Part shown: piece after piece, positions 44,524 to 54,203 of the stretch
How the letters are laid out: every line of letters starts with the position of its first letter
Position numbering within the stretch: position 1 is the stretch's first letter
Source of the DNA: Gemmatimonadaceae bacterium
Lineage (GTDB): Bacteria > Gemmatimonadota > Gemmatimonadetes > Gemmatimonadales > Gemmatimonadaceae
Length of the DNA: 64,000 bases
NCBI GenBank assembly: GCA_035569435.1
Contig: DATMNB010000195.1
Span: forward strand, 4,894 to 68,893
Reading direction: 5' to 3'
Program-made: the position numbers and the translations under genes
The notes under the pieces: generated by a model
The model's input: only the letters and a program-made list of their open reading frames with translations
Database searches by the model: none
What the model was told of the DNA's origin: nothing

Positions 44524-45219
44524 TCAGCTGTAGCGGAACGCGTCCAGGCACGCCTGGAGGCGCGGCACGGTATCATCGACCGTGGGCACCCGCAGCCCGA
44601 TCGCATGGTCCGGCCAGCGGATGATCACGACGCGCGGCGCACGCCGCGTGATCCGTCGCCCGAGCCACGTGCGTGGCAGCGAGCGCACGTGCAGTGTCAC
44701 TTCGCGAATCGGCCCGATGTCGACCGCCGGCGGCTTGCCCGTCGGCGCCGGTCGCTTCCGTTCCCACCAACGTGGTGTCCCAGCGGCCCGCGCCTGAAAG
44801 CGGAGCCCAGCGGCGCCCACGTACAGCACACCGGCCAGCGTGAGTCGCGGCGCGACGATCGCGCTGCATGGCAGCCGCCACTCGTAGCCCGCCCGCTCAG
44901 GCGGTCCCGGCACGAGACGCGGATCGCCCGCGTAGAGCGCATCGGCCAGCCGCTCTTGCCGCTTCCGCCGGCCGCGCACGGTGAACCGACTCACGAGGAG
45001 CCCATTCAACGCACCGCCCCAGATCGCGAACGCCGCCGCGACGAGCGCACTGCTCCGCCACGCCTCGCCGTGCAACGTCCAATCGACGTTGAGCACAAAC
45101 CACGTGATGCCAAATCCCACGCCATATACCGCGAACAAATAGCGCGGCCACCCGTCCCAGAACCCCGTATCATCGACTGAGTACGCCGCGCGCGGCACCA
45201 GGTTTTGCATCATCCTCAT
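44524..45219 (-). CDS. hypothetical membrane protein (two TM helices plus a basic soluble domain, possibly PH/GRAM-like)
   Basis: 231 aa with ATG at 45219. TM helices YLFAVYGVGFGITWFVLNV and ALVAAAFAIWGGALNGLLV, followed by an Arg-rich soluble region. First gene downstream of mcr on the same strand. Confidence 0.45.
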   Translation of the reverse strand: MRMMQNLVPRAAYSVDDTGFWDGWPRYLFAVYGVGFGITWFVLNVDWTLHGEAWRSSALVAAAFAIWGGALNGLLVSRFTVRGRRKRQERLADALYAGDPRLVPGPPERAGYEWRLPCSAIVAPRLTLAGVLYVGAAGLRFQARAAGTPRWWERKRPAPTGKPPAVDIGPIREVTLHVRSLPRTWLGRRITRRAPRVVIIRWPDHAIGLRVPTVDDTVPRLQACLDAFRYS

Positions 45220-45297
45220 GACGATCGAACACCGACGCGATCACCGCGACGCGGTGTCTGTATGGTTCCGGAACAGTCGCGGAAACGTACACTCATC

Positions 45298-48200
45298 TCA
45301 CACCGTGATGGCCATCCCACGATAGATGCGTGAGCGATAACGGCTTTCGTCCTCGCCCACAATCGGCGCGCTCTCCAGCAGCACCGCGCGCGCGAATCGT
45401 TCCAGCTCCTCGGCTGTTTCCGCGGCGTTCTGCGGCTCCTCGACGCGGGCGCGGCGCGTGAGGTTGATCTGATTCACGGGCACCCCGTGAATCAACCGCT
45501 CGTTCTCGACGCCGAGCGTCGCCGTGAGCGCGTGCAGCGTCGTCTTCATGACGTTGGCCAGGGCAAACGCCTCGGGCGATGCCCCCGCCGGCACATCGGG
45601 CGCGACGAGGACGAGCCGCACGTCATCGAGTAACGACACCTTGCGGGCGACCCGGAAGTGGTGCGTCACGTTGCCTTCGACGAGCTCGCGAAACTCCGCC
45701 GAGTCGAGTCGCGACTCGCCATCGGCATCGAACAGGACGTCAGGCAGCGCCGTGAAGGGCGTGGAGATGACGGCCGCCGGATGCCCCCACGCGGCGAGCG
45801 CGGCGTCCATGCCTTCTTCGATCTCCCCTTCTACGACAAGAGTCTCGATCCGACTGCCATCAACGAGCGACCGCACGACCGCTTGCGCCGCGCCCGCCGT
45901 GCGCGTGAGCAACACCACGCGGGCCACGTCGCACTGGGCGATGAACGCCGCCGCCGCGCGGGCCATGTGTGGGACCAAGTGCTCGCCGATCACCCAGACC
46001 GTCGTGTCGCGCATGGCATCCAGCCGGACGCGCTTGGCCCCGCCAAACAACTCGCGCTCGGTGACCGATCGTTCCAGGTGCAACCCGCCCGATGGCTGGA
46101 ACGTCTCGCCCGAGACCGCGCGGTCGGCCATGAAGTAGACCGCCGCCAGCGCCACCTCCATCTCGGTTGGCATCTTGCGGAGGTGCAGCATGGAGAGCAC
46201 GCCCTTGCGCACTTTGTCCGCCTCGCGCGCGATGTCGGTCGCGGAGAAGAACGGCTCCGGCGGCGCCGCCACCTGCATCGTGTGCGAGGCCACGAGGTAC
46301 CCACCGAGCCGGAGCCGGCCCACGAGCTTGGCGGCGATCTCGGATGTCATGAGGAACCGCTCGCACGATGGCCCATCGTGAACCGGGCCGACCCGCCGGT
46401 CGATCGCCACCGCGAGCGCGCGGAGCGGCGCCGGCATCTCGGTCGCGTGCGCCACAGTCCCGACATCGTTGGAGCAGAGCGCATCGAGCGCCGCGCTCGC
46501 GCTCACGCCGGCGCGGATGGACTCGATGACCGCCGCATACACGGCGTTGAGTCGCCGATTCTCGAGAATGAGCTTGCCCCGCCGCTGAAAGAGGCCGGGT
46601 TTCCCGCCGGTCCCGCGCAGCCGGTCCCCATCGACCGGCCCCGGCGAGATGGCGTTGATCTGAATCTCCGGCCCGAGAAATCGCGCCAGGTTCTCGACCA
46701 GCGCCCGCTGCCCGGCCTTGGACACCGCGTAGTCCGCGCGGTTGGGGTACGGGACCGCGACGTACTTTTCCCCGCCGAAGTACGACGACACGTTGACGAT
46801 ATAGCCCGACCCCTGGCGCTTCATGCGGGGCGCCAGCATCCGAATCAACGAGTAGTTGGAGATGAGATTGGCGTCGAGCGTCGCCCGCCACGCGTCGACC
46901 GGCATATCGACGACCATCTCCTCGGCGCCCGCCACGCCGGCGTTGTTGATCAGGTAGTCCACGCGCCCAAACACGCGGAGCGTCTCCTCGGCCGCCTGCT
47001 CGAGCGACGCGTCATTGGCGACATCGACCCCCGCCACATACCGCACGCGATCGCCGGCCGCATAATACCCGATCTCGATCAACTCATCGACGATCCGCTC
47101 CCGCATCTCCGCCAACTGCGCCTCGCCGCGCGCCACGAGCATCACGCGCGCGCCGGCCACAGCCAGCAAGCGCGCGATCTGTCCGCCGATGCCCGCCGAT
47201 GCGCCGGTGACGAGGGCGACCTTGCCCAGATGGATGCCCATGAGGCTTTCCATCCAGCCAAACGTCGCGCGCCGCGCGCCGGTGGCTTCGGCGATGGAGT
47301 CGGGGAGGTAGAGATTCACCTGACGAATGCGGCGCGGGCTGTAGAGCAGTCGCGCCGCCTGCCCGGCGGCAAACGGGAGCGCCTCGGCTTCGTGGTTGCT
47401 CCAACGAATGATCTGGTTCCCCCACTCGACCCAGCGCCGCGTCCCGGCGCGCACCTGCTCCGCGGTCTCATCGCGCCAGACGCGGATCAACTCCTCGGTG
47501 GCGGCGCGCAACAGATCGCCGTAGGCGTTGCCCATGCCATCGTCGCCGTTGCTCATGAAGATCGTGCGGGGGTTGAGCCGCAGCTGATCGCCCCGCGCCG
47601 CCCAGTACCGCGTCAACGCGCGGGCGATCGCCAGCGCGCCCGTGAGCTCGCCCTCGATGAAATCGTTGAGATCGGCATCGCTGACTTCCGAGAGTGGGGC
47701 CCAGAAGCGGTCAGGCCCGAACGCGGGCAGGATGATCGCACCGCCGATGGTCAGTTGCGTGGCGTCGAGCGCGGGGCCAAGGGTCTCGGGCTTGGTGCGG
47801 TCGAACCGGATGGGGTGGATGCGGCTGTCGCTCCCCGGGATATTGCCTTTGGTACTGCCGGAGGTTTCGAGCGCGTCGATGGCGGTCCGCACCTCGAGGT
47901 CGGTGGAGAAGCCGAGGATGACGCTCGCGCCGCAGCGGGCCTGGACACGGGCCACGGCGAGCGCGTCGCCGACCTGTTCGCCCGCCGCCACGAGCACGGC
48001 CGCATCGGCCGCGTCGACCGTGCGGAGGGCCGGCCGCGACACCCAGGTGCTGCGACTCTCCTGGCGCACGGTCATGCCGTGCGTGATCTCAAAGTTGTGT
48101 CCGTTGATCGCGGCCGACTCATCGGAGCCGAGAAACACGATCATCGCCGCGACATCGCCGACCGTGGGGCACCTGCGCTCAGGCGGCAGGCCATCACGCA

Positions 48201-48906
48201 CGCGGGCCAGGGTCATCATCCCAAAGAAATCCGAGGCGGTCGTCCCGTTTGCTGCGCCTCGCAGCGCATCCATCGATTTGAACACCGACCGAATGCGCTC
48301 GCTCTCGATCGGCCCCGGGAACACGGTGTTGACGCGGATGCCACGGGGCCCAAGCTGTCCGGCGAGTTGGCGCGACAGGGCGTTGAGCGCGGCTTTGGGG
48401 ATCACGTAGGCGGCGCGCCCGTAGTACTGGGTGCGCGAGAAGATCGTCGAGACGTTGATCACCGACGCCCCGGGCGCCAGGTGCGGGGTCGCGGCGCGCA
48501 CGGCGTTCCAACTCACGCCCAGAATGTTGCGCGCGGCGTCGGCGACGGTCTCGCCGTCGATCTCGGCGCGCGAGAACGGGAGTTGCGCGATGGGCGCCCG
48601 CGGGCCGGCCGAGCCCGCGTTGTTGACCAGAATATCGAGGCGGCCGCAGTCGGCCAGCGCGTGAGCGATGCCGGTCCGCGTGGCCGCCGGGTCGCCGCCA
48701 TCAAACGCCACCACGAACGCCCGTTGGGCCGGCGCCTCCGTCTCGGCGAGCAGGCGCCGGCGGGCGAGATCGAGCTTGGCCGCCGTGCGGCCGGCCATGA
48801 CGATGGTCGCGCCTTCGGTGAGATAGCGGCGGCAGATCTCGACGCCGATGTTGCCGGCGGCCCCAGTGATCAGAGCGACCTTGCCACTCAACCGGCCGGT
48901 GGTCAT
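45298..48906 (-). CDS. mcr: bifunctional malonyl-CoA reductase (malonyl-CoA -> malonate semialdehyde -> 3-hydroxypropionate), Chloroflexus type
   Basis: 1202 aa from ATG 48906 (MTTGRLSGKVALITGAAGNIG...). Colinear by eye with C. aurantiacus Mcr as I remember it: DILVNNAGSAGP, VINVSTIFSR..YYGR..YV.PKAALNALS, GIRVNT.FPGPIES.RIR.VF. A second SDR module reads HLGKVALVTGASAGIGGQIARLLA..GARVML.AR, YLINNAG.AG.EEMV.DMP...W, NVSSYFGGEKY.A.PYPNRADYAVSKAGQRA, PEIQINAI.PGPV.GDRLRGTG. The C-terminus is ...RIYRGMAITV. The start overlaps the pcs stop (ATGA). Confidence 0.9.
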   Translation of the reverse strand: MTTGRLSGKVALITGAAGNIGVEICRRYLTEGATIVMAGRTAAKLDLARRRLLAETEAPAQRAFVVAFDGGDPAATRTGIAHALADCGRLDILVNNAGSAGPRAPIAQLPFSRAEIDGETVADAARNILGVSWNAVRAATPHLAPGASVINVSTIFSRTQYYGRAAYVIPKAALNALSRQLAGQLGPRGIRVNTVFPGPIESERIRSVFKSMDALRGAANGTTASDFFGMMTLARVRDGLPPERRCPTVGDVAAMIVFLGSDESAAINGHNFEITHGMTVRQESRSTWVSRPALRTVDAADAAVLVAAGEQVGDALAVARVQARCGASVILGFSTDLEVRTAIDALETSGSTKGNIPGSDSRIHPIRFDRTKPETLGPALDATQLTIGGAIILPAFGPDRFWAPLSEVSDADLNDFIEGELTGALAIARALTRYWAARGDQLRLNPRTIFMSNGDDGMGNAYGDLLRAATEELIRVWRDETAEQVRAGTRRWVEWGNQIIRWSNHEAEALPFAAGQAARLLYSPRRIRQVNLYLPDSIAEATGARRATFGWMESLMGIHLGKVALVTGASAGIGGQIARLLAVAGARVMLVARGEAQLAEMRERIVDELIEIGYYAAGDRVRYVAGVDVANDASLEQAAEETLRVFGRVDYLINNAGVAGAEEMVVDMPVDAWRATLDANLISNYSLIRMLAPRMKRQGSGYIVNVSSYFGGEKYVAVPYPNRADYAVSKAGQRALVENLARFLGPEIQINAISPGPVDGDRLRGTGGKPGLFQRRGKLILENRRLNAVYAAVIESIRAGVSASAALDALCSNDVGTVAHATEMPAPLRALAVAIDRRVGPVHDGPSCERFLMTSEIAAKLVGRLRLGGYLVASHTMQVAAPPEPFFSATDIAREADKVRKGVLSMLHLRKMPTEMEVALAAVYFMADRAVSGETFQPSGGLHLERSVTERELFGGAKRVRLDAMRDTTVWVIGEHLVPHMARAAAAFIAQCDVARVVLLTRTAGAAQAVVRSLVDGSRIETLVVEGEIEEGMDAALAAWGHPAAVISTPFTALPDVLFDADGESRLDSAEFRELVEGNVTHHFRVARKVSLLDDVRLVLVAPDVPAGASPEAFALANVMKTTLHALTATLGVENERLIHGVPVNQINLTRRARVEEPQNAAETAEELERFARAVLLESAPIVGEDESRYRSRIYRGMAITV

Positions 48907-51900
48907 TGCGCGGCCCACGCTTCGAGCAGCTCGGTCTTGGTGCGCAGGCCCAGCACGGGGAGCGCGTGGTTGCAGACGTAGCTCGCCCCCGCGTGCCGAT
49001 TCTCCCACATCGCCTGGTGGGCGCCGGGCATGTCGTGCCAGGCGACGACCACGGGCTCGGTGACGTCGAGCAGGCCCGCGTCGACCATCTGGTTCATGCG
49101 CACGACTTCGTAGGCGTTGGAGAGGTGCGTGCCGAGGATCGTCGCCGTTGGCATGAAGATCCGGCGCTGGCGCATCCAGACCTGCGGCGCGTGGAAGGCG
49201 TAGCGGCGGCCGCCCATGTCCTCGACGTAGACGACGCGGCCTGTGAACGGTTTGACGAGCGAGGTTGATGCGCCGAGGGCGTCGTGGCCGGCGCGTTCAA
49301 CGATGAGGTCGGGGTAGCCGCGCGGGTTGTCCGGGGACCGGAGGAGTTTGCCGATCGCGGCGCCCAGCGGCTTCATCGTGCGGTCCTGGAAGGCGCGGAC
49401 GGCCTCGCGGTGGGCGTCGGTGTCGGTCTTGGGGTCGGGGAGCGGGGGCATCGTCGACGGCCAGTCAAAGTCGTCGCCCTCGCGGCGGTGGAGTCCCGCG
49501 AGGGACACGACGCCGCGGACGGCCTCGCCAAAGCCCAGGGATTGGACGAACTCGCGTTGGGCGTCGGTGTAGGTGACGACGACGATGCGGGCGTGTGCTG
49601 CGCGGGCGGCCTCGATGCATTCCAGGCCGACGAGGTCGACGAGCGACGACTCCGTGGTCGCGGTGCCGTAGTAGATGAGGACGGCCTCGTTGGGCTGGAG
49701 GCCCGCGCGTCGCAACATTGTCGCTGGCGGTACCGTTCCAGGCTTGCCCACGAAGGTGAAGTAGTACCCCGACGTCGCACCGTAGAACGTGAGCGTGCCC
49801 CCGAGTTCCAGCAGCTGGAACGAACGTGGGAACGCGGTCTCGCCCGCGTGCGACACGACGTAGTCAGCGAGTCTTCCCCCATTTCTGGCCCGGAACTCAT
49901 CGGCCAATACCGTACCAGCCCCCTCCCAGTTTGCGGCATCATCAAGGGGTACAGCGCGAAACACATTCGCAAAGCGCGGGTCCCGCCGGTTGATCGCCGC
50001 ACTCGCGCCTTGCGACTCGATGAAGGCCGCGCGCTCCGCCGACGAAACGAGGCCGACGACCGAGAGACCGGCGCGGGCCGCGCTCTTCACGGCTTCGAGC
50101 CCGGTCCCGGTGGCCGCGCCTTCGACAAACACGGTCTTGCCGGGCTCAATGGCGAGCGTGGTGAACAACGCCCGCACGACGGTCCCCAGGTTCAGGACGT
50201 AGGAGCCCGCGGCTTCCAGCGTGAGATCTTGCGGGATCGGAAAGAGCTGCGGCCCCTGGACCTTCACGAACTGCTGATGCGACCCGTCGGGCGTCTCGTA
50301 ACCCTGGATGTGAAAATCAGCGAACATCGGGTCGCGGGCGGCGAGCGGTGAGAGCACGTCGCTCTGCCCCGAGTAGATCGTCACCAGATCGCCGACACGA
50401 AGCCGCCCCTCGGCTTTGACCTCCGACCCGAGTGCGGCGATGAGACCAACCCCGCCCGAGCCCGTGACGTGCGCGTCGGCGTCATGGACATCGAACTGCG
50501 ACACCGGGATCCCCGTGATCGCCCAGATGTCGTTGTAGTTGACCTCCGACGCCAACACGTACACGAGCGCCTCGTTTGGCCCGGGCAACTCCACCGGGAG
50601 CACCACCTGGCGCTCGGCCACCGCGGGGTCGCCGTGCCGTGGCGCACCCGTCTCGGGATCGCGCACCGCCGCAAACGCGTACTGATAGCGTGGGATCGGC
50701 GTGTGGCCCGGGAAGAATGGCGACCCGATCGGTAGCATGTCGTCTGCCACGACGGCGCGGCGGGTCGGCAGCGGCGCGCTCCGCTTGTCGAGAAACGCCC
50801 GGATGCCGGCCTTCCCCTCCTCGGGATCGACGACGGCACGCGCGAAGAGCTCGGCTTCGTGCCGGAGCCCGGCATCGAGTCCATGCGTCAGCCCAAACTG
50901 TACGGCATCGAGCGCCCGCTCGACGGCCAACGACCGACCCGCGTACGCCGCCTGGCGAATGAGGCGCTCGATCTCAGGGTCATCCAGGACGGCGTGCAGT
51001 GTCGCGTTGCTCGGGGTTTGCCAGGTCGCGACCTGTTCGCGGCGGCGGGCCAGTGCCTCGACCAGGGCGCCAGTGCCATCGACGACAAACTGCCGCGCGA
51101 GCATCGACGCAACGCTCACCACGTCGTCGCTGTGCTCGGCCAACCGATCGATCACGCCGAGGGCGTGCGCGTCGGGCGCGGTGACCGTGCGTCCGCCGAT
51201 GATGATCTCCACCGCGTGTCGGAGCCCCGCGACGCCCAGCTGGTCGCTGAGGAGCCGCGGGAGGCGCTGCGTGCCCCCATAGCCCGGGAGGAGCCGAAGC
51301 CGAATCTCCGGTTGGCCAAAGAGAGCCGTTGGCTCGGCGACCCGATAGTGACAGGCCAACGCGAACTCCAATCCCCCGCCCAGCGCCACGCCGTTGATCG
51401 CCGCGATCCACGGCTTGGCGCTGCGCTCGATCTTGCGGAACGCCAGATGGGCGTTGTTGGGCAACGGGAGCGCTTCCTCGAGCGTGGTCGCCTCATCGAG
51501 CAACTGGCGGATGTCGGCGCCAGCGACGAACGATGACGTGCCATCGCCGGTCACGATCACCGCCCGCACGTCATCGCGGCGACTCAGGTGCTCGACGACG
51601 GTATTGAGCTCGTCGAGCGCCCGCTCGTTGAGGGCGTTGACGGGAGGGTTCGTCACCGTGACCGTCGCCACGCGTACGTTGGGCGTCACGACATTGTACT
51701 GCACGCGAAAGTACCGGTAACTCTGGAGCAGCCGTTGCTCCTCACTCACGCGTTGTCGCGCGCGCCAGCTCTCGATCGCGACGCGGAGCTCCGTCAGACT
51801 CTCGGGGTTCTTGAGCGTCGTGGCATCGCCGACCGGCTGGTCTTCGACGAGCGCGCGGACCATGCGGCGCATGTACTTGCCGCTCCGCGTCTCGGGAAAC

Positions 51901-54194
51901 TGCGAGACCTCGATAAAGTCCGACGGCACGGCCACGGCGCCTTTCTCCTGTCGCACCAACTCGGCGAGCCGGCGCCGATCCTCCACGGTCAGGCGTCGCG
52001 ACGTTTTCACGAACGCGATGGGCGTCAATCCCTTCTCGCGGTGCGGCGCGCCGACGACCACGACATTGCCGACCGGCGAGTCGGGATTGACCTGCTTGTC
52101 CCGCAGGATCGCGCCTTCAATCTCTTCGGTCCCCATGCGATGGCCGGAGACGTTGATCACGTCGTCACTCCGGCCGTGGAGGCTAAAGCTGCCGTCCTCG
52201 TACTGGACGGCGAAATCGCCCTGCGTGTAGACCAATGCGCCCGGCCACCGTTGCCAGTACGTCTTGGCGTACCGCGCGTCATCGCCCCAGATGGTCCGCG
52301 CAAGGTACGGGTAGGGCGCCAGGATGACGATCTCGCCTTTTTCCCCCGGCGCCGCCGACCGGCCCTCGGCATTCCACACGTCGCCGATCACCCACGGCAG
52401 CGGGTACGTGTGCCCATCCGCCCGCAGCGGGAAATCGGCATTCCCATAGAAGTGCGTCCAGGCGATCCCGCCGTGCTCGGTGGCCCAGTAGGAGTTGGTA
52501 TACTGGGGCGTCACCAACTCCATGCCATACTGCTGCACCGCCGGCGACACCGGCTCGGCGCAGAACGTCGCCACGCGCAGCGACGAGAGATCGTACTGTC
52601 GCACGTCGAGCTCATTCTGGGCGTCCTGCATGACCGTCTTGAGAAAGGTCACGCCGGCCTTGAAGATCGTCACGCCGTAGCGCTCGATGATTGAGGCGAA
52701 CCGCCCGGCCGAGGGGAAGACGGGCGCGCACTCGGCGATGACCGTCGTGACGCGCGTGGTGAGTGCCGCCGAGATCATGTAGCTCTGCCCGGTAATCCAC
52801 CCCGGGTCGGCGATCACGTACATCACGTCGCCGGGATGGGCATCGAAGGCCACGCGCATGGTGTGGGCGATGCCGGCGACCCACCCGCCGTGGACGTGCA
52901 CGACACCCTTGGGTTTCCCCGTCGAACCGGACGTGTAGATGAAGAACAGCGGACACTCGGCGTCGACGGGCACCGGGCGCGACGTCGCCCAGATTGCCGC
53001 CACGAACTCGCGGTCGGGGAGCGCCAGGAGCTCGGCTTCGGTCACCACGTGCACGCCCGCTGCCTGCGCGCGAGACAGCAGGGTCGCGGCCGCCTGCTCG
53101 GTCAACTCGTGGCTCCAGCGATCGCGCTCCGGCCGCCAGAGCAACTCGGGCTGCGCGGTGTGCCGCACGACGACTACTGCCTCGACGCGCGGCGGCGACT
53201 CGACGAGGGCCTGGGCGACCGCCGTGCGGATGCGACTCGCGTGCGCCGCGTCGAGGCCCATCTCGTCGAGCGCGCGGCCGATGCCGCGCATGACGTCACG
53301 GCGTTCCAGGGTGATCTCATCGGCCACGGCCGCGCGCGCCGAAGCGACGAGTCGCTCCGCATCGACATCGAGCGCCAGTAACCGATCGCGGACCAGCGCG
53401 AGCGCCGTCTCGACGGGCACGTAGTTGTCGAGCGCCGGGTCGGTGTACGCCTCCTTGAACGGCACGATCTGCGCGTTCCGATACCCGCCGTCCGCCGTAA
53501 TGATCACGCGCGCGCCGGCGTCGTGGATCCGGTCGCTCAGCGTCTTGTCCGAGAACCCGCCAAAGACGGGCGTGTAGACGATACCGAGTCGCTTGGCGGC
53601 CTCGGTATAGTAGATCTGCTCCGGGATGTTGGGCATGTTGAGCGCGATCCGGTCGCCGCGCCGGAGCCCGAGCGATTCGAGGGCCAGGGCCGCCTTGGCT
53701 GTCTCCCAGAGGAGCTGCTTGCGCGTGACGGGATACGCCTCGACCGGCCCACCGCGGCCGCCGTCCTGCGACTGGTCCCAGCGATCGCCCTCGACCAGGA
53801 GGGCCGTCTCATCGCCGTGGCCGGCGAGCACGTGCCGGTCGACCTCGTTGAAGGCCGCGTTGGTCAGGGCACCGCTGAACCACCGATAGAACGGCGCGTC
53901 GTCGGCGTCGAACGCCCGCGTCCACGGCGTGTGATCGGCGCCGTACGGCGCGCGCACCGGCGCGCCGGTGCGCGCATCGTATCCGGTCCACGCCTGCGCG
54001 GCATCGTCCCACGTGATCCAGGCGCCCAACGTCGGATCAAACCAGTGGATCTCACGCGCGGCGATCCTGCCGTGAAACGCGCCCGGATCTTGGGCACACG
54101 CAGCTCGTGCCCTCTCCCAGTCCGCGCGCGTGCGGATCGGGTTGACGCTCGGCTTGACGGGGTGGGTGGGGCGCGCCGACGCTCGTGTCGCCAT
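48903..54194 (-). CDS. pcs: trifunctional propionyl-CoA synthase (3-hydroxypropionyl-CoA synthetase / dehydratase / acryloyl-CoA reductase), Chloroflexus type
   Basis: 1763 aa with ATG at 54194. Domain order: an AMP-forming acyl-CoA synthetase (FFIYTSGSTGKPKGVVHVHGG, SGHRMGTEEIEGAILRD, ETRSGKYMRR); an enoyl-CoA hydratase (VATVTVTNPPVNALNERALDEL...SFVAGADIRQL...AAINGVALGGGLEFALACHYRVA); and an MDR enoyl reductase (VLASEVNYNDIWA, VEGAATGTGLEAVKSAARAGL, HQAMWENRH). Colinear by eye with C. aurantiacus Pcs. Confidence 0.9.
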   Translation of the reverse strand: MATRASARPTHPVKPSVNPIRTRADWERARAACAQDPGAFHGRIAAREIHWFDPTLGAWITWDDAAQAWTGYDARTGAPVRAPYGADHTPWTRAFDADDAPFYRWFSGALTNAAFNEVDRHVLAGHGDETALLVEGDRWDQSQDGGRGGPVEAYPVTRKQLLWETAKAALALESLGLRRGDRIALNMPNIPEQIYYTEAAKRLGIVYTPVFGGFSDKTLSDRIHDAGARVIITADGGYRNAQIVPFKEAYTDPALDNYVPVETALALVRDRLLALDVDAERLVASARAAVADEITLERRDVMRGIGRALDEMGLDAAHASRIRTAVAQALVESPPRVEAVVVVRHTAQPELLWRPERDRWSHELTEQAAATLLSRAQAAGVHVVTEAELLALPDREFVAAIWATSRPVPVDAECPLFFIYTSGSTGKPKGVVHVHGGWVAGIAHTMRVAFDAHPGDVMYVIADPGWITGQSYMISAALTTRVTTVIAECAPVFPSAGRFASIIERYGVTIFKAGVTFLKTVMQDAQNELDVRQYDLSSLRVATFCAEPVSPAVQQYGMELVTPQYTNSYWATEHGGIAWTHFYGNADFPLRADGHTYPLPWVIGDVWNAEGRSAAPGEKGEIVILAPYPYLARTIWGDDARYAKTYWQRWPGALVYTQGDFAVQYEDGSFSLHGRSDDVINVSGHRMGTEEIEGAILRDKQVNPDSPVGNVVVVGAPHREKGLTPIAFVKTSRRLTVEDRRRLAELVRQEKGAVAVPSDFIEVSQFPETRSGKYMRRMVRALVEDQPVGDATTLKNPESLTELRVAIESWRARQRVSEEQRLLQSYRYFRVQYNVVTPNVRVATVTVTNPPVNALNERALDELNTVVEHLSRRDDVRAVIVTGDGTSSFVAGADIRQLLDEATTLEEALPLPNNAHLAFRKIERSAKPWIAAINGVALGGGLEFALACHYRVAEPTALFGQPEIRLRLLPGYGGTQRLPRLLSDQLGVAGLRHAVEIIIGGRTVTAPDAHALGVIDRLAEHSDDVVSVASMLARQFVVDGTGALVEALARRREQVATWQTPSNATLHAVLDDPEIERLIRQAAYAGRSLAVERALDAVQFGLTHGLDAGLRHEAELFARAVVDPEEGKAGIRAFLDKRSAPLPTRRAVVADDMLPIGSPFFPGHTPIPRYQYAFAAVRDPETGAPRHGDPAVAERQVVLPVELPGPNEALVYVLASEVNYNDIWAITGIPVSQFDVHDADAHVTGSGGVGLIAALGSEVKAEGRLRVGDLVTIYSGQSDVLSPLAARDPMFADFHIQGYETPDGSHQQFVKVQGPQLFPIPQDLTLEAAGSYVLNLGTVVRALFTTLAIEPGKTVFVEGAATGTGLEAVKSAARAGLSVVGLVSSAERAAFIESQGASAAINRRDPRFANVFRAVPLDDAANWEGAGTVLADEFRARNGGRLADYVVSHAGETAFPRSFQLLELGGTLTFYGATSGYYFTFVGKPGTVPPATMLRRAGLQPNEAVLIYYGTATTESSLVDLVGLECIEAARAAHARIVVVTYTDAQREFVQSLGFGEAVRGVVSLAGLHRREGDDFDWPSTMPPLPDPKTDTDAHREAVRAFQDRTMKPLGAAIGKLLRSPDNPRGYPDLIVERAGHDALGASTSLVKPFTGRVVYVEDMGGRRYAFHAPQVWMRQRRIFMPTATILGTHLSNAYEVVRMNQMVDAGLLDVTEPVVVAWHDMPGAHQAMWENRHAGASYVCNHALPVLGLRTKTELLEAWAAQ

Positions 54195-54203
54195 TTAGAA
54201 ATA

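Noticed and set aside
45242-45256. Palindrome CACCGCG-A-CGCGGTG just downstream of the mcr stop, considered as the operon terminator.
   Set aside because: The loop would be too small (the effective stem is 5 bp) and no U-tract follows. It is not a convincing intrinsic terminator, so the end of the pcs-mcr transcript remains undefined.
45658-48981. 1107-aa plus-strand ORF covering almost all of the mcr locus. Similar long ORFs occur opposite pcs, for example 49284..50351 and 51588..52694.
   Set aside because: It is an antisense shadow ORF typical of very GC-rich DNA. The composition is extremely Arg/Gly/Pro/Asp-rich and I recognise no motifs. The minus strand encodes a full-length, motif-rich Mcr/Pcs.
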